Source: a virus. Taken from it: a stretch of DNA of 64,000 nt. The stretch lies in IMG/VR virus record IMGVR_UViG_3300020438_004435; one strand, written 5' to 3'. The translations under genes and the position numbers were made by a program. The first letter of the stretch is position 1. Every line of letters starts with the position of its first letter. Shown here in pieces: positions 29,594 to 40,539 of the stretch. The notes under the pieces are model-generated. The model worked only from the letters and a program-made list of their open reading frames with translations, had not been told where the DNA came from and did not search any database.

Positions 29594-32500
29594 TTATGGA
29601 TATATTAATGCTGCTCCTTGAACAGTCGCTAAACTCATATATTCTACATTTGCAGTCTTCGCAGCTGACCCTAAACCATTGTAAACCATCAGTCCAAAAT
29701 AAAGAGGGTCTGCTGTAGGTATTCCATCTCCAGTATACTCATGAATCAATTGCATAGGACTTGTCACACCTAAAGTGTTCGTATCGGCTTTTGCTGCATA
29801 AAATGAAACCTTATTAATTCCATCCCAATGCATAGCATATTCTACTACCTGATTATCTTGATCTATAGTTTGAGCTGATGCAAAATCTGTTGCAATTGTT
29901 CCAGCGCTGTTAAAAGTAGCTGCTAATTCAACCTTAGTATTTCCATGAGCTTTTTTTACAAATCCCAATCTATCCGTTCCTGCGCCTGCTGCGGTAAGAT
30001 GAAATGCTGCAGTGTCAAATACTCTTTCAGATAATCCCCAGAAAAATTCCATACCATCTGCATCAGATAAATTGAATTTAATTTTAGCCCACCATTGAGC
30101 TCCTGAAGAAAGATCTGCTTGTGCACATGTAATTGGTTTAAGAGTGGTAGCAATTGCTGTTTGGTTACCATCTGCTGTTCCTGTAGTTAAATTAAATGAA
30201 CCATAAGGAAGTGTAGAAGAGATTGCCGTTCCTACAGCTGCACTATTGTCTGTATCGTGTTCCCATATTGATGTAAGTCCTCCTATATTTTTACCTTGTA
30301 TACCATCAACTACTCCATGCAGATTTGATGGATCTATAGTCATTACCTTAATATGAGGTTGTAGTCCAGACACCATCGGAGGTGCTGTTGCATGGAACGG
30401 ATCTTCTAATGCTGATCCTGATGTTATAGCTATGTTGGTTCCTTTATTTCCATTCTGTGTTAAAATAATAGAACTTGAATTGTTACCAGTTAGAGTAGTA
30501 AATGATCCAGTTCCTGCAGAAATGTTAGATGTTGCACTACCTGTAATATTTCCTGATGCAGTTACGTGGTTTAATAATAGATTTCCATCACCTGAATTTC
30601 CAAGTTCAATACCCTTTTCATCACTAATGCTTGGATTTGCAAATTTTCTATCTCCAACCCAATAGTTAGTACCATATATAGCCCCACTTGAACTAATTTG
30701 TCCTACGGAATATATCGAACCACCTAATAGTTCACCGCTGGAAGATATTGTACTAGCACTTACATATCCTTGTGCCCATATATTTCCTGATGATGTATAA
30801 TGGCCTCTTGTTATTGCTACAGACGAACCATATATTTCTAATGCGGAAGCTGATATCCAACCTGACATTGAAATATTACCAGCTGATGCGGAAATAAATT
30901 CCATTCCTACCCCGGATCCTGCATGATCTTTAACAGATGGATCACCGTGACCGATAAATAAGGAGTTACTTGCACTAATATCACCTTTTACTTGTAAGGT
31001 TTTAGTAGGATGCATTCTAGTATGATGTCCTAAACCAAGATATTGAATATCACCTGAACCTGTAGCCCATATCATATTACCAATATTCATTTGATGACTT
31101 GCAGATGGGCTAGCCATTGATATTCTATGGCCAATACCTATATTGCCAAATGGAATACGATGTGGATCATTTCTCATACCCTTACCTACCATATTACCAC
31201 CAGCATGTGTTCCTATAAATATACTACCTGAAAGTGATGTTTCTAATGATTGTACAGCTGTATATGCATGTGATCCAGTTTGACCACCTGCAAGAGCTCC
31301 TATTATTACATTTTGCGAACCGGATCTATTAAGATGAGATGCAGCGTCTCCTACTATTACATTATGTTTTGGATTTGATTGAGAACCTGAAGCTTTTATC
31401 AATCTACCTAATTGATGAGCTGCATTAGCTCCTACAATTACATTGTTAGAACCTGAGCGCATGGCTCCTGCTGCCATATGACCCATAATAGTATTATTTA
31501 GTGCTTCGCCAGCTGCTAACTGGTATGCAGCTTGTGAACCAATTGCTGTATTTCCTGATCCTGATAATGTCTTACCTGCTTGATATCCTAATGATGTAGC
31601 ATATCTAGCTACGCGGTCAGTTTGCCATGGTCCTACATGAACTGAACCTATACCAGCATAATTTTGATCTTTAGAAGGATTCCATTGATGTGTTCTTTTA
31701 TGCACTGGATCCAACATCATCCATGAAGCTTCATTGTCATCCGCTTCATTGTTATATCCTATCTTATAATTAGAACCAGATATCATACTAGCAGAGAATA
31801 CAGCTATACTTGAATTTATTCCAATGGATGATGATCCCACAAAGAATTTATCTACAAATAAATCTCCACTTGCACTTATCGAACCTTTAATTGTTAATGC
31901 CTTTGATGCCGATATTGTTCCTATTCCTACCCTTGCTCCTGGATAATAATCTGTATTTTGATCACCGGCTGCACCATATGTTCCTATGCTTGATTTACTT
32001 CCTGATATAGTTACAGCTGGTACTTGATTTATTAATTCATCACTATTTCCATTAGCGGTTGATCCTGTAAAGAAATAAAATGGTGCATTTTCATTATAAA
32101 ATCTATTTGCATTATTAGTATCTTTTCTAAAAAATATTTTTTCAGCATGAGCACTATCATGAACCATAATGGATGCAGAATTATTAAATATTAAATTATG
32201 ACTCATTGATACTACACCATTAAATGATGCTGCAAATTCTCCACCTGCTGGCTTAAATACATCTAATGCTATATTAGCTTCATCATTAATCTCTGGTGTA
32301 GTAGACCAATGTGCTTTCTGTCCAATAGTTAATACCTTTTCAACCATTGCATTTTCAAATGATCCGGAATTTTGTACGAATATAGAACCTGTAACATCTA
32401 TATCTCCATGATTGTGTTGTCCTCCACTAATCATCAATGCAGACATTGAAACATTAGATACTATACCATACTTATCTGTTTCCTCATTATTGGAACCACT

Positions 32501-35236
32501 AATACGCATAGTTCCATAATGGAATGATTTACCATATACACTTAATGCACCACCTCTTGATTTAGGATTCGCACTTGCTCTTTCAGTCCAACCATGTCCT
32601 GTGAATCTTTTTGAATCTAATCTTGTTTGAACAAATACTCCTGAACCAGATACTTTAAGTGATCCAGATCTTTTATTATATTTTGCGGTTCCTGTAGAAC
32701 CTGATATCATTAAGGAACCTGTAAAGTTTACAGTACCTGATACTTCTAATGTAGCATTTGGTGCAGAGATACCACCCATACCAATTCTATATCGTACTCT
32801 ATGTCCACCATTAGTTAATGATGTATGATGAGCTGGTCCAAATACCATTGAATTACTTTGACTAACTACTGAATCCTTTCCAATTGCAGTTCCATTAACT
32901 ACCCTTTGGCCATGTCTGTCAAAGGCTGCAGCTTGGGCTTCTGATCCAATGCAAAGCATATATTCTGCAGCACTATCATTGCTATTCCCCTTACTGGATG
33001 TTCCAAACCCAGCTCTAAAGCCTATATATGTATTGAAACTTCCAGAGGTAATTACCCTACCAGCATTTCTACCGATTGATATATTGTCTTGACCATCTCT
33101 ATTATTTTGCATTACAGAATAACCTACACTAATATTATAATCACCCTCTTGAAGTTGAGACATATTATTGGTTCCTATAGCAGTATTCCCATCTGCATTT
33201 AATAATGCATTAGACATACATGCATAACCTACTGCGGTATTCAATCCTCCTGTTGTTAATTCATCACCCGTTAATGATCCTAGAAATGTATTTCTGTTTC
33301 CAGTGGTTATTTTTTCACCTGCATTATGTCCAATCAATATATTTGAATATCCAGTTGTAAGCGCTTGACCAGCATCTTGACCAAAAATATAATTTGTCTT
33401 CGTTGCGCTACCTGATAAGAATAAAGTCTTTGAATGGTTAAAGTGTATTCCGTTTGTAGCATCTGCCTCATGATATGCAAGAATGTGCATTTCAGGGCCA
33501 TCTTTTTTTGTAAAACTAGATGCAGAAAATCTACCTCTAACTACATTAATCGATCCACTAATAGTTAATGCATGTTCAAATACTGATTTATTTGTTGAAG
33601 CAAAGCCATTGATGAATGATCCACTTGATGGATTCATTCTTATACCTACATGTGATTGAGATCCTGTTACAATAAGAGAATGGTTAGGTTTATGTAATGC
33701 TAATCCTTCTGTTCCATCAGATTGACTAACAAAATGACCAAATATTAACTTATCATCCTTCATTGCTATATATTTTGAATTATGCCCGTGCTTACCCGCT
33801 CCTGAATTAGTTTTTAATTCAATTGCTACCTGGTCATAAGATGATTCGAATCTAGCTAATGTGCTATCCGAGTGTGATACATGTAATCTTGCAGATGGTT
33901 CTGTTCCTCCTACTTGATTATCAAATACATTTATACCTAAACCTACATCACCTGTATTACTTATCTTAATTAATTCTTTTCTTGCGTATGAGTGTGGACT
34001 TGTATATGCTCTAATAGATAAAGATTCAGTATGAGTAGCTCGTCTTGGGGTAGTTGATACGGATCCACTGCCAGACATTGTAGACATTTCCCAATGGGAT
34101 AATCCAGATCTTAATACTAATGATGCTGATGCATCTGATCCTGAAGATTCTATTCTTGTTCTAGCATGTGCTGATGAGCTTACAAATAAATTTGAATCAC
34201 TAGGTAATGCTGATGCTGATGGAGCATTAATTGCTACTCTATACTGACCGCCCTTACCAATACCTTCTGTGCTACTTTGATCTGCTACGCTTCCCGTTGC
34301 TGATCCTAAAAATATATTTGCATAAACAGAATTTATATTTAATACATCCTCTCCTCTATGTTTATCATGGATTCTTACCGCATCATTAGCTAAATTAAGA
34401 TATGACCAATGTGCTATTCGACCTAATTTATATCCTTGCACTCCCGCATCACCATCTCCATAATTGTGACCTGGATCAGCTATGGTTAAAAGGTGTGACA
34501 TTAGAACAGGATTGTCTTGCCCTGGTTCTAAATAAGTTCCTGCTTTATTACTTCCTGTTGTTCCTATTCCTATACCATTTAGAAAATAACTATCTGAGCC
34601 TGATTGAAATATACTACCAGTTACGGTCATTGTATCATCAGACTCTGCTCCAAATTTTGATGAACCACTTGTATATATAATTGATTGAGATACTACCTCT
34701 GAATGAAATTCCTGAGCCCATATTGTATCCAATACAATTAATGAACCTGTAATTACTGCATTACCATATACATCCAATGCAGCATCCTGTCCACCAAATC
34801 TTGGTACATTATATTGACCAGTTCCGGTTCCTCTATTTACTACGGCAGGCTTTTGATCTTCAATTACAGGATTATCTAAATATATAAATTTAGCTTGGCC
34901 TATATTTCTAAATGTGCATGAATGACTTACTGTTAAAGATCCAGTTATCCAAGTATGGCCTGTAAATTGATGTTTGTCATCGCATATGCTATCACCCAAC
35001 CATGTAGATCCTGAATTAGATAGTTCATGAGATATACGAACATATGATGCTGTCAAATTAGTAACCTCAAGGTTGCCTAATGACATATTACTACTTGTAA
35101 TGGAATTTGGTATATTAAGGTCGTTTACTCTTGACCCCGTACCATCATACATTTCAAAGTCAGCGCGCTCGTATTGTACAAGTCGCTGAAAACTATTTTT
35201 TATCTTATTGCTTGATAAATCGCCTGGGTTTGCCAT
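29594..35236 (-). CDS. Large tail fibre / adhesin-like virion protein
   Basis: 1880 aa, S/G/T-rich, with YadA-head-like N-x-x-I-G repeats (NILIGHNAG, NTFLG, NTAVG, NTAIG). Confidence 0.75.
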   Translation of the reverse strand: MANPGDLSSNKIKNSFQRLVQYERADFEMYDGTGSRVNDLNIPNSITSSNMSLGNLEVTNLTASYVRISHELSNSGSTWLGDSICDDKHQFTGHTWITGSLTVSHSCTFRNIGQAKFIYLDNPVIEDQKPAVVNRGTGTGQYNVPRFGGQDAALDVYGNAVITGSLIVLDTIWAQEFHSEVVSQSIIYTSGSSKFGAESDDTMTVTGSIFQSGSDSYFLNGIGIGTTGSNKAGTYLEPGQDNPVLMSHLLTIADPGHNYGDGDAGVQGYKLGRIAHWSYLNLANDAVRIHDKHRGEDVLNINSVYANIFLGSATGSVADQSSTEGIGKGGQYRVAINAPSASALPSDSNLFVSSSAHARTRIESSGSDASASLVLRSGLSHWEMSTMSGSGSVSTTPRRATHTESLSIRAYTSPHSYARKELIKISNTGDVGLGINVFDNQVGGTEPSARLHVSHSDSTLARFESSYDQVAIELKTNSGAGKHGHNSKYIAMKDDKLIFGHFVSQSDGTEGLALHKPNHSLIVTGSQSHVGIRMNPSSGSFINGFASTNKSVFEHALTISGSINVVRGRFSASSFTKKDGPEMHILAYHEADATNGIHFNHSKTLFLSGSATKTNYIFGQDAGQALTTGYSNILIGHNAGEKITTGNRNTFLGSLTGDELTTGGLNTAVGYACMSNALLNADGNTAIGTNNMSQLQEGDYNISVGYSVMQNNRDGQDNISIGRNAGRVITSGSFNTYIGFRAGFGTSSKGNSNDSAAEYMLCIGSEAQAAAFDRHGQRVVNGTAIGKDSVVSQSNSMVFGPAHHTSLTNGGHRVRYRIGMGGISAPNATLEVSGTVNFTGSLMISGSTGTAKYNKRSGSLKVSGSGVFVQTRLDSKRFTGHGWTERASANPKSRGGALSVYGKSFHYGTMRISGSNNEETDKYGIVSNVSMSALMISGGQHNHGDIDVTGSIFVQNSGSFENAMVEKVLTIGQKAHWSTTPEINDEANIALDVFKPAGGEFAASFNGVVSMSHNLIFNNSASIMVHDSAHAEKIFFRKDTNNANRFYNENAPFYFFTGSTANGNSDELINQVPAVTISGSKSSIGTYGAAGDQNTDYYPGARVGIGTISASKALTIKGSISASGDLFVDKFFVGSSSIGINSSIAVFSASMISGSNYKIGYNNEADDNEASWMMLDPVHKRTHQWNPSKDQNYAGIGSVHVGPWQTDRVARYATSLGYQAGKTLSGSGNTAIGSQAAYQLAAGEALNNTIMGHMAAGAMRSGSNNVIVGANAAHQLGRLIKASGSQSNPKHNVIVGDAASHLNRSGSQNVIIGALAGGQTGSHAYTAVQSLETSLSGSIFIGTHAGGNMVGKGMRNDPHRIPFGNIGIGHRISMASPSASHQMNIGNMIWATGSGDIQYLGLGHHTRMHPTKTLQVKGDISASNSLFIGHGDPSVKDHAGSGVGMEFISASAGNISMSGWISASALEIYGSSVAITRGHYTSSGNIWAQGYVSASTISSSGELLGGSIYSVGQISSSGAIYGTNYWVGDRKFANPSISDEKGIELGNSGDGNLLLNHVTASGNITGSATSNISAGTGSFTTLTGNNSSSIILTQNGNKGTNIAITSGSALEDPFHATAPPMVSGLQPHIKVMTIDPSNLHGVVDGIQGKNIGGLTSIWEHDTDNSAAVGTAISSTLPYGSFNLTTGTADGNQTAIATTLKPITCAQADLSSGAQWWAKIKFNLSDADGMEFFWGLSERVFDTAAFHLTAAGAGTDRLGFVKKAHGNTKVELAATFNSAGTIATDFASAQTIDQDNQVVEYAMHWDGINKVSFYAAKADTNTLGVTSPMQLIHEYTGDGIPTADPLYFGLMVYNGLGSAAKTANVEYMSLATVQGAALIYP

Positions 35237-35270
35237 ATTATTACTTTATCCTATCTTTATTATATAAATA

Positions 35271-36185
35271 TTAACCAAAGATCTTTTTCATCTCTTCTGC
35301 AGTGGCAACTCTTGTGCCAAACTTTACATTAGTAGCTGATATTGTTTTCTTCATGTTAACTTCCTTTCCTATGTCTTTTGGTATAAGTCCTGCATTAACC
35401 GTAAGTCCTAATGTGCATCTTGTTACTCTTTCACCATCCGCGCCTGTTTGCGTTTCAAAATCATATGATTGTCCTACAGTATTAAATTTATATGTAGAAC
35501 CCCAAGCCGCTCCTTGATGGTAAGTAAACATTTCTACTAAACCATTGAGTTGTTCTATAAAATCCGTCCATATTAATAATTCATAAGATATTACTACAAA
35601 ATCAGGAACCGCTATTGAATAGTATTCATATCTTTTATTTCTCCCACCTTGTAATATAGAAAATCTATCATATTGATTTTGTGTATTATATTTTGGAGAA
35701 TAATGATTTATAACATTGCCCTCACCTTGTAATACTTTATTCCTTGCCAATTCATTATTATTGGTCATTGAATTTCTTTTATAAGCTATGATGGGTAAAT
35801 TTTGTTTTCCTCTCCCATCTCTTAATGCAGCTAATTTTTGCATTGAGGTCCATTTCTCAGGTGAGGAATAGACTACAGGCACTTTAACCTTTTTACCTTG
35901 TTCCAAAATATATGGATCAATTTGTTGTTCAATATATCTTTTTACATTAAAATCTACATCATATAAAGTAAGACTAATATCTTTAACATTATCATCATCC
36001 CTTCTAATCTGAGTAGACCTATTAGGTTTAGTAGGTTTAGGTTCAGGAGTTGTAAATCTTGGAGAATTAGGATTTACAGGAGTCGCACCTGGAGCTGATT
36101 CATTATCAGGCCTAGCTACTACTACCGGATTCATCGCAGCTGGATGAAATCTATGTAATGTCGGTGTCGGTCTTTTTCTAGCCAT
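35271..36185 (-). CDS. Tail terminator / sheath stabiliser (gp15-like)
   Basis: VPVVYSSPEKW, LPIIAYKR, VPDFVVISYELLIWT. Confidence 0.75.
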   Translation of the reverse strand: MARKRPTPTLHRFHPAAMNPVVVARPDNESAPGATPVNPNSPRFTTPEPKPTKPNRSTQIRRDDDNVKDISLTLYDVDFNVKRYIEQQIDPYILEQGKKVKVPVVYSSPEKWTSMQKLAALRDGRGKQNLPIIAYKRNSMTNNNELARNKVLQGEGNVINHYSPKYNTQNQYDRFSILQGGRNKRYEYYSIAVPDFVVISYELLIWTDFIEQLNGLVEMFTYHQGAAWGSTYKFNTVGQSYDFETQTGADGERVTRCTLGLTVNAGLIPKDIGKEVNMKKTISATNVKFGTRVATAEEMKKIFG

Positions 36186-36188
36186 ATC

Positions 36189-36731
36189 TTATATATTTTT
36201 TGGGTAATCGTATTTAGTTGTTTCTGAATTACCATATCTTGGATCCTCGATTTGTATTCTACTCATTCTTGTCATATGGCAATTACATACAATACTATGT
36301 GAATTACCCCATTCTGTACCTGCTTTAGAATAATCAGGATCCTTTCCTCCTACAATTTGATTTTCTACTAATGTATCTATTTCAAAATATGCTTTATCCC
36401 ATTCTATCAAATCTCCAACCTCAGGAACAAAATCTTGTGCATGGGATGGTAGATCCAAAAACTCATGTCGTAAAAATGCAAATGTTGCTCTTTGTTGTAA
36501 ATCAATTCCAAATGATTCTTCTGCATATTCTTGATCTTCTCTTGTTATTATACATGGTATTTTTACTCCCGCATAATATGTTTTATTAATTCCCTCACCA
36601 TATACATTTGTATCAGATTCATCCATAATAAGTTTATAAAACAATATTTCGGTTCTAATAATTTTATTTATTAGTTCCTGATTTAATTGTCTAAATAGAC
36701 TTATATCTCTCTGTCCTGTAAATAATGGCAT
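36189..36731 (-). CDS. Neck / head-closure protein (gp14-like)
   Basis: NVYGEG...PEVGDLIEWDKAYFEID. Confidence 0.75.
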   Translation of the reverse strand: MPLFTGQRDISLFRQLNQELINKIIRTEILFYKLIMDESDTNVYGEGINKTYYAGVKIPCIITREDQEYAEESFGIDLQQRATFAFLRHEFLDLPSHAQDFVPEVGDLIEWDKAYFEIDTLVENQIVGGKDPDYSKAGTEWGNSHSIVCNCHMTRMSRIQIEDPRYGNSETTKYDYPKNI

Positions 36732-36733
36732 AT

Positions 36734-37906
36734 CTATCCTATATAAATTTTAAGTGGTACTCTAGCAATCGATTGTTGTAAATTTTCCGTTTCTTCTCTT
36801 TGTTTTTCTAATTGTGACCTTCTACTTGTCGCTTCTAGGTTCTCTCTTAATTCGTTTACTAATCTTTCCTTTTCTGTTGTAGCTTCCTGTCTTAGGGTTT
36901 CTCCATCCAATGATACATCTGCATTTGGAATAGGAATAGAATTATATTTTCCTCTGACAATACCTAATAATTCCTTAGCTGATGCTAAAGTATATTTTCT
37001 AATCCATTGTCTACCAACTGAGTTAATATTTCGATATGGTATATTATCATATGGTATATTACTATAATCGGATATCACCGCAGAACCTGATGTCGCCCAA
37101 TCATTATCTCTTAATGGATTATCCTTTTCTCTAGTAACAATATACTCAAAAAATAATTTTTGAGATTGTTGTGGTATTGGAAATATTTTTAATTTATTAT
37201 TTCTTAATTGAAATGAGTAAGCTGATTTTCTTATTTGGTCATTAAATTCAATAGCTTGTATTCTAAGAACATCCGCATAGGTAGGCATTAATAAAAAGCT
37301 TACTCCTGGAGAATAATTACCCCAACCGAATCCATCTAGCATACCCTGTGATCCAGCTCCTGATCCTACATAAGGATCAAAGAATCTATTAATTGCTGGA
37401 GTAGCATCATTATATATTCTTCTAACTTCTATTTGATTACCACTTTCACTAACATTACCCCATAAATTTTGTAAATCATAATCTTGCTGGCTTGATGATA
37501 CCATTATAGAACCTGTCTTAAATTCTATATTACCACCTTCCTCACTTTCCGTTCCATATTTTTTAGATAATCGTATAGTAGAGCCGAATGAAGGAGTTAT
37601 ATCCTTTCCAGTAAAATTACTAGCTGATGTAAATCCTTTCACATCTAACATATTATCACGTATATTAAATTGATTAACCTGGGCACCGTATTCAGCTACT
37701 GATTCCTCAAAGCAAGCATAAATATTAATATCCTGTAATTCAATATCTACTAAAGGATATCCTAATTTTTGAGCTACGAAGATAGCAGTGTTGGGTCCAT
37801 CTGTTTGAAAGCTTGCATCAGCATCATATAATGCTAATGGTGTATTTCCACTAATTGATGATCCACTGCCGGGCCAAATTGGTATGTCTACTCCTTTGTT
37901 TGCCAT
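36734..37906 (-). CDS. Neck protein (gp13-like)
   Basis: KLGYPLVDIEL, WIRKYTLASAKELLGIVRGKY, LDGETL. Confidence 0.85.
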   Translation of the reverse strand: MANKGVDIPIWPGSGSSISGNTPLALYDADASFQTDGPNTAIFVAQKLGYPLVDIELQDINIYACFEESVAEYGAQVNQFNIRDNMLDVKGFTSASNFTGKDITPSFGSTIRLSKKYGTESEEGGNIEFKTGSIMVSSSQQDYDLQNLWGNVSESGNQIEVRRIYNDATPAINRFFDPYVGSGAGSQGMLDGFGWGNYSPGVSFLLMPTYADVLRIQAIEFNDQIRKSAYSFQLRNNKLKIFPIPQQSQKLFFEYIVTREKDNPLRDNDWATSGSAVISDYSNIPYDNIPYRNINSVGRQWIRKYTLASAKELLGIVRGKYNSIPIPNADVSLDGETLRQEATTEKERLVNELRENLEATSRRSQLEKQREETENLQQSIARVPLKIYIG

Positions 37907-37957
37907 TTTCTATTTCCTCTTTAATAAAGTATTCGTCTATTATAAATATGAAGTTTT

Positions 37958-38626
37958 CTAGGAATGTGGGAAGTTATCGTAAACTTCTAGTAAATCTTTT
38001 AATATAGGATGTCTATAATTTTCATGCAGAGTTACTGTATGCATTCCTTTGACCGATTTTATATTGGATAGGAATGATAGGCCGCTATCTTTATGTCTTT
38101 TTAGATCAACCTGATTTATATCACCACAGAACATCATTCTACTTCCTACTCCAACTCTTTGTAATATCATTAATGTTTGGCTATTATCTAAATTTTGACA
38201 TTCATCAACTATCACAGTTGAATTGGTAAATGTTCTACCTCTCATGTATGATACTGGAACTATCTCTATTTGTTCCATCGCCACCATAGCATCGATTCTT
38301 TCCCTACGTAATAGTTGATACATGTTTCCATATATAGGTGCTACCCATGGATCCATTTTATCCTTAATGTTTCCTGGTAAATGACCTATGTCTTCCTTTG
38401 AAATTGTAGGTCTTGTTATTATTATTTTAGTTGCCCATTTATCTAATAATGATTGTAATGCAATTTGGCAAGCTAAAAGTGTTTTTCCTGAACCTGCTTC
38501 ACCTAATAATACCGATACATCATTTTCTAATATTTGAGCTTTTGCCTTCTTTTGTTCTTCAGTAAGTGAAATTTTGAATCTATAACCTTTTTTAACATTC
38601 TTCGGTCGATCTTTCTTCATTGACAT
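37958..38626 (-). CDS. phoH: PhoH family protein
   Basis: Walker A GEAGSGKT, ITRP, YMRGRTF, VDECQN, GDINQVDL. Confidence 0.95.
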   Translation of the reverse strand: MSMKKDRPKNVKKGYRFKISLTEEQKKAKAQILENDVSVLLGEAGSGKTLLACQIALQSLLDKWATKIIITRPTISKEDIGHLPGNIKDKMDPWVAPIYGNMYQLLRRERIDAMVAMEQIEIVPVSYMRGRTFTNSTVIVDECQNLDNSQTLMILQRVGVGSRMMFCGDINQVDLKRHKDSGLSFLSNIKSVKGMHTVTLHENYRHPILKDLLEVYDNFPHS

Positions 38627-38684
38627 ATAATTCTCCTGAAACTAATGATTTATTATAAATAGTTGTTTTCAGACTGAAGTATAA

Positions 38685-38715
38685 AAAAAGACCTCCCTAA
38701 ATAGGAGGTCTTTTT
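38685..38715 (-). terminator. Rho-independent terminator after the major capsid gene
   Basis: AAAAAGACCTCC-N7-GGAGGTCTTTTT stem with A/T tracts on both sides. Confidence 0.88.
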
Positions 38716-38737
38716 AATGAAATATATTAAAGTGATA

Positions 38738-40522
38738 TTACAGAGTATGTAATCCTCTAACTTCAATCTTACCATAGAATTCTGGTCTAACGATCTTCTT
38801 CGCGTAACGCGTCATTACACCTTTTCTTGGTGTAAAGTTTTTCGGATCGTAAACTAGTGGAGTCATAATTAATGGAACATATGGAGCATATACAGCACCA
38901 GTTTCCAAGAATTGAGTTCCTCTAAAGCCCATCAAGATAGTATTCTGAACCATGTAAGGATTTTTGTAAACAGTAAATCTGTTATTCAATTGTCCTACTT
39001 TCTGAACACCCATTGCAAATTGAGATGAGTTACCATCTGTGTTTGCAGCATATCCAGGAATTGATTCTAATACAGTAGCTACATCTGGAGAACAAACTAA
39101 CCAGTTTGCACCACCACGCATAGTTTTTTGGTGAATCTTGTTACTAACTTTTTGGATTTTAGTTCCTAAAGTTTGGAACCAAAGACCTTGGTTGTAAGCT
39201 TCACCAGTATTAGCACCTACCCAAATGTTATTACCATCGTATTTTTCACCAATAGTAACTGACCATCTTTCAGTAGTTAATGCATTTCTTTGTAACATGT
39301 CTAAAATTTCTAAATCAATCTCTTGTGAGATGTATTCAGATAACATAGAAGTTAATTCAGCTTCAGCATCAATAGAGTGGTAAGCATTTAAGTCTTGAGC
39401 GAACTCAGGAGTCCAAACAGCTTTCAACTTTCTAGTCTTAGCTACGATTGGAATACTTCTCATTTCTAAATTGATTTCTGGAATAGCTAAATCAGTTTCA
39501 GGGTTTGCAGCTGTAGCAGCTGTAGTAGTTTCAAAGTCACCTCTAGTGATATCAGTTGGAGTTTTAATAAACTGAACCTTATATCCTTCTTGTGACGATG
39601 CACCTGAACCAGATACTACGAACTGAATAAATGTTCCATTTGCTTTTTCATTACCGCTTGAATCAGTTAATTTAGTAAATTCAGAAAATACTTTTTCAAC
39701 TATCTTAAAGTTTTTACTAGTTACTGTTGAACCTGACGTATGCGTTAATTGGAATGCTCTTACAGCTTCCTTATCTAGGAACTTATGTCCTGTTGATCCA
39801 TCTGCATCAGTAAAGATAGATGAAGTAGCGAAGTAATATCTAGCTACTGCTTTACCACCTAATGCTTCAGCAACGTTTCCACCTGTTCCACCGTGGAACT
39901 GGCCTGCATAAGATTGTGAGAATACAGTATTGAAATTGTAATCTACTCCTCTTAATGAAGCTGTTGTTACTGAAATACCTTGGTCACCAGATCCACCTGA
40001 GTGGCCTGCTGCACCATCTGTTTTAGCACCTGCAGTTTCAACATACTTGTTAGTATATCCATATCTACCTGCACCATAAAGACCTTCAGTTGGGTCTCCT
40101 GATTCATTTGTTTCACCGAATACAGAGTCTTTTTGTGATGTTCTACCTTGAGCAGTTTTGAAGTCTGCAACCGAAGTTCCATACTTATAATCAAGATAGA
40201 AGATAAGACCTGACGGTAAGTTCATAGGTTGAACTGATACGAAATCTTTGGCAGCAATTTCTGCGAAGATTCTTCTAACTAAAGGTAAAGCTACACCTGA
40301 CCACTCTTCCGAGTTTGATGCAGTACCTGTTCTAGATGATTCATCGATAAGTTGCTTAGCTTGATTCTCTAAAAGAACCGCCATACCGTGTTTTTCGTAA
40401 TCGTTATCCAACCCTTCTAAAAGACCAGTCTTCATCCATTTTCCTACAACTGCTTTTGTTTCAGTCAATTGTTGTCTATGGATGTTACTAGTATTGTCTA
40501 AAATGTTTCTAACACTTTCCAT
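38738..40522 (-). CDS. Major capsid protein (T4 gp23-like)
   Basis: VSVQPMNLPSGLIFY, KTRKLKAVWTPEFAQDLNAYH, YAPYVPL, GVMTRYA. Confidence 0.97.
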   Translation of the reverse strand: MESVRNILDNTSNIHRQQLTETKAVVGKWMKTGLLEGLDNDYEKHGMAVLLENQAKQLIDESSRTGTASNSEEWSGVALPLVRRIFAEIAAKDFVSVQPMNLPSGLIFYLDYKYGTSVADFKTAQGRTSQKDSVFGETNESGDPTEGLYGAGRYGYTNKYVETAGAKTDGAAGHSGGSGDQGISVTTASLRGVDYNFNTVFSQSYAGQFHGGTGGNVAEALGGKAVARYYFATSSIFTDADGSTGHKFLDKEAVRAFQLTHTSGSTVTSKNFKIVEKVFSEFTKLTDSSGNEKANGTFIQFVVSGSGASSQEGYKVQFIKTPTDITRGDFETTTAATAANPETDLAIPEINLEMRSIPIVAKTRKLKAVWTPEFAQDLNAYHSIDAEAELTSMLSEYISQEIDLEILDMLQRNALTTERWSVTIGEKYDGNNIWVGANTGEAYNQGLWFQTLGTKIQKVSNKIHQKTMRGGANWLVCSPDVATVLESIPGYAANTDGNSSQFAMGVQKVGQLNNRFTVYKNPYMVQNTILMGFRGTQFLETGAVYAPYVPLIMTPLVYDPKNFTPRKGVMTRYAKKIVRPEFYGKIEVRGLHTL

Positions 40523-40539
40523 TTTCTTTTCTCCTTGGG

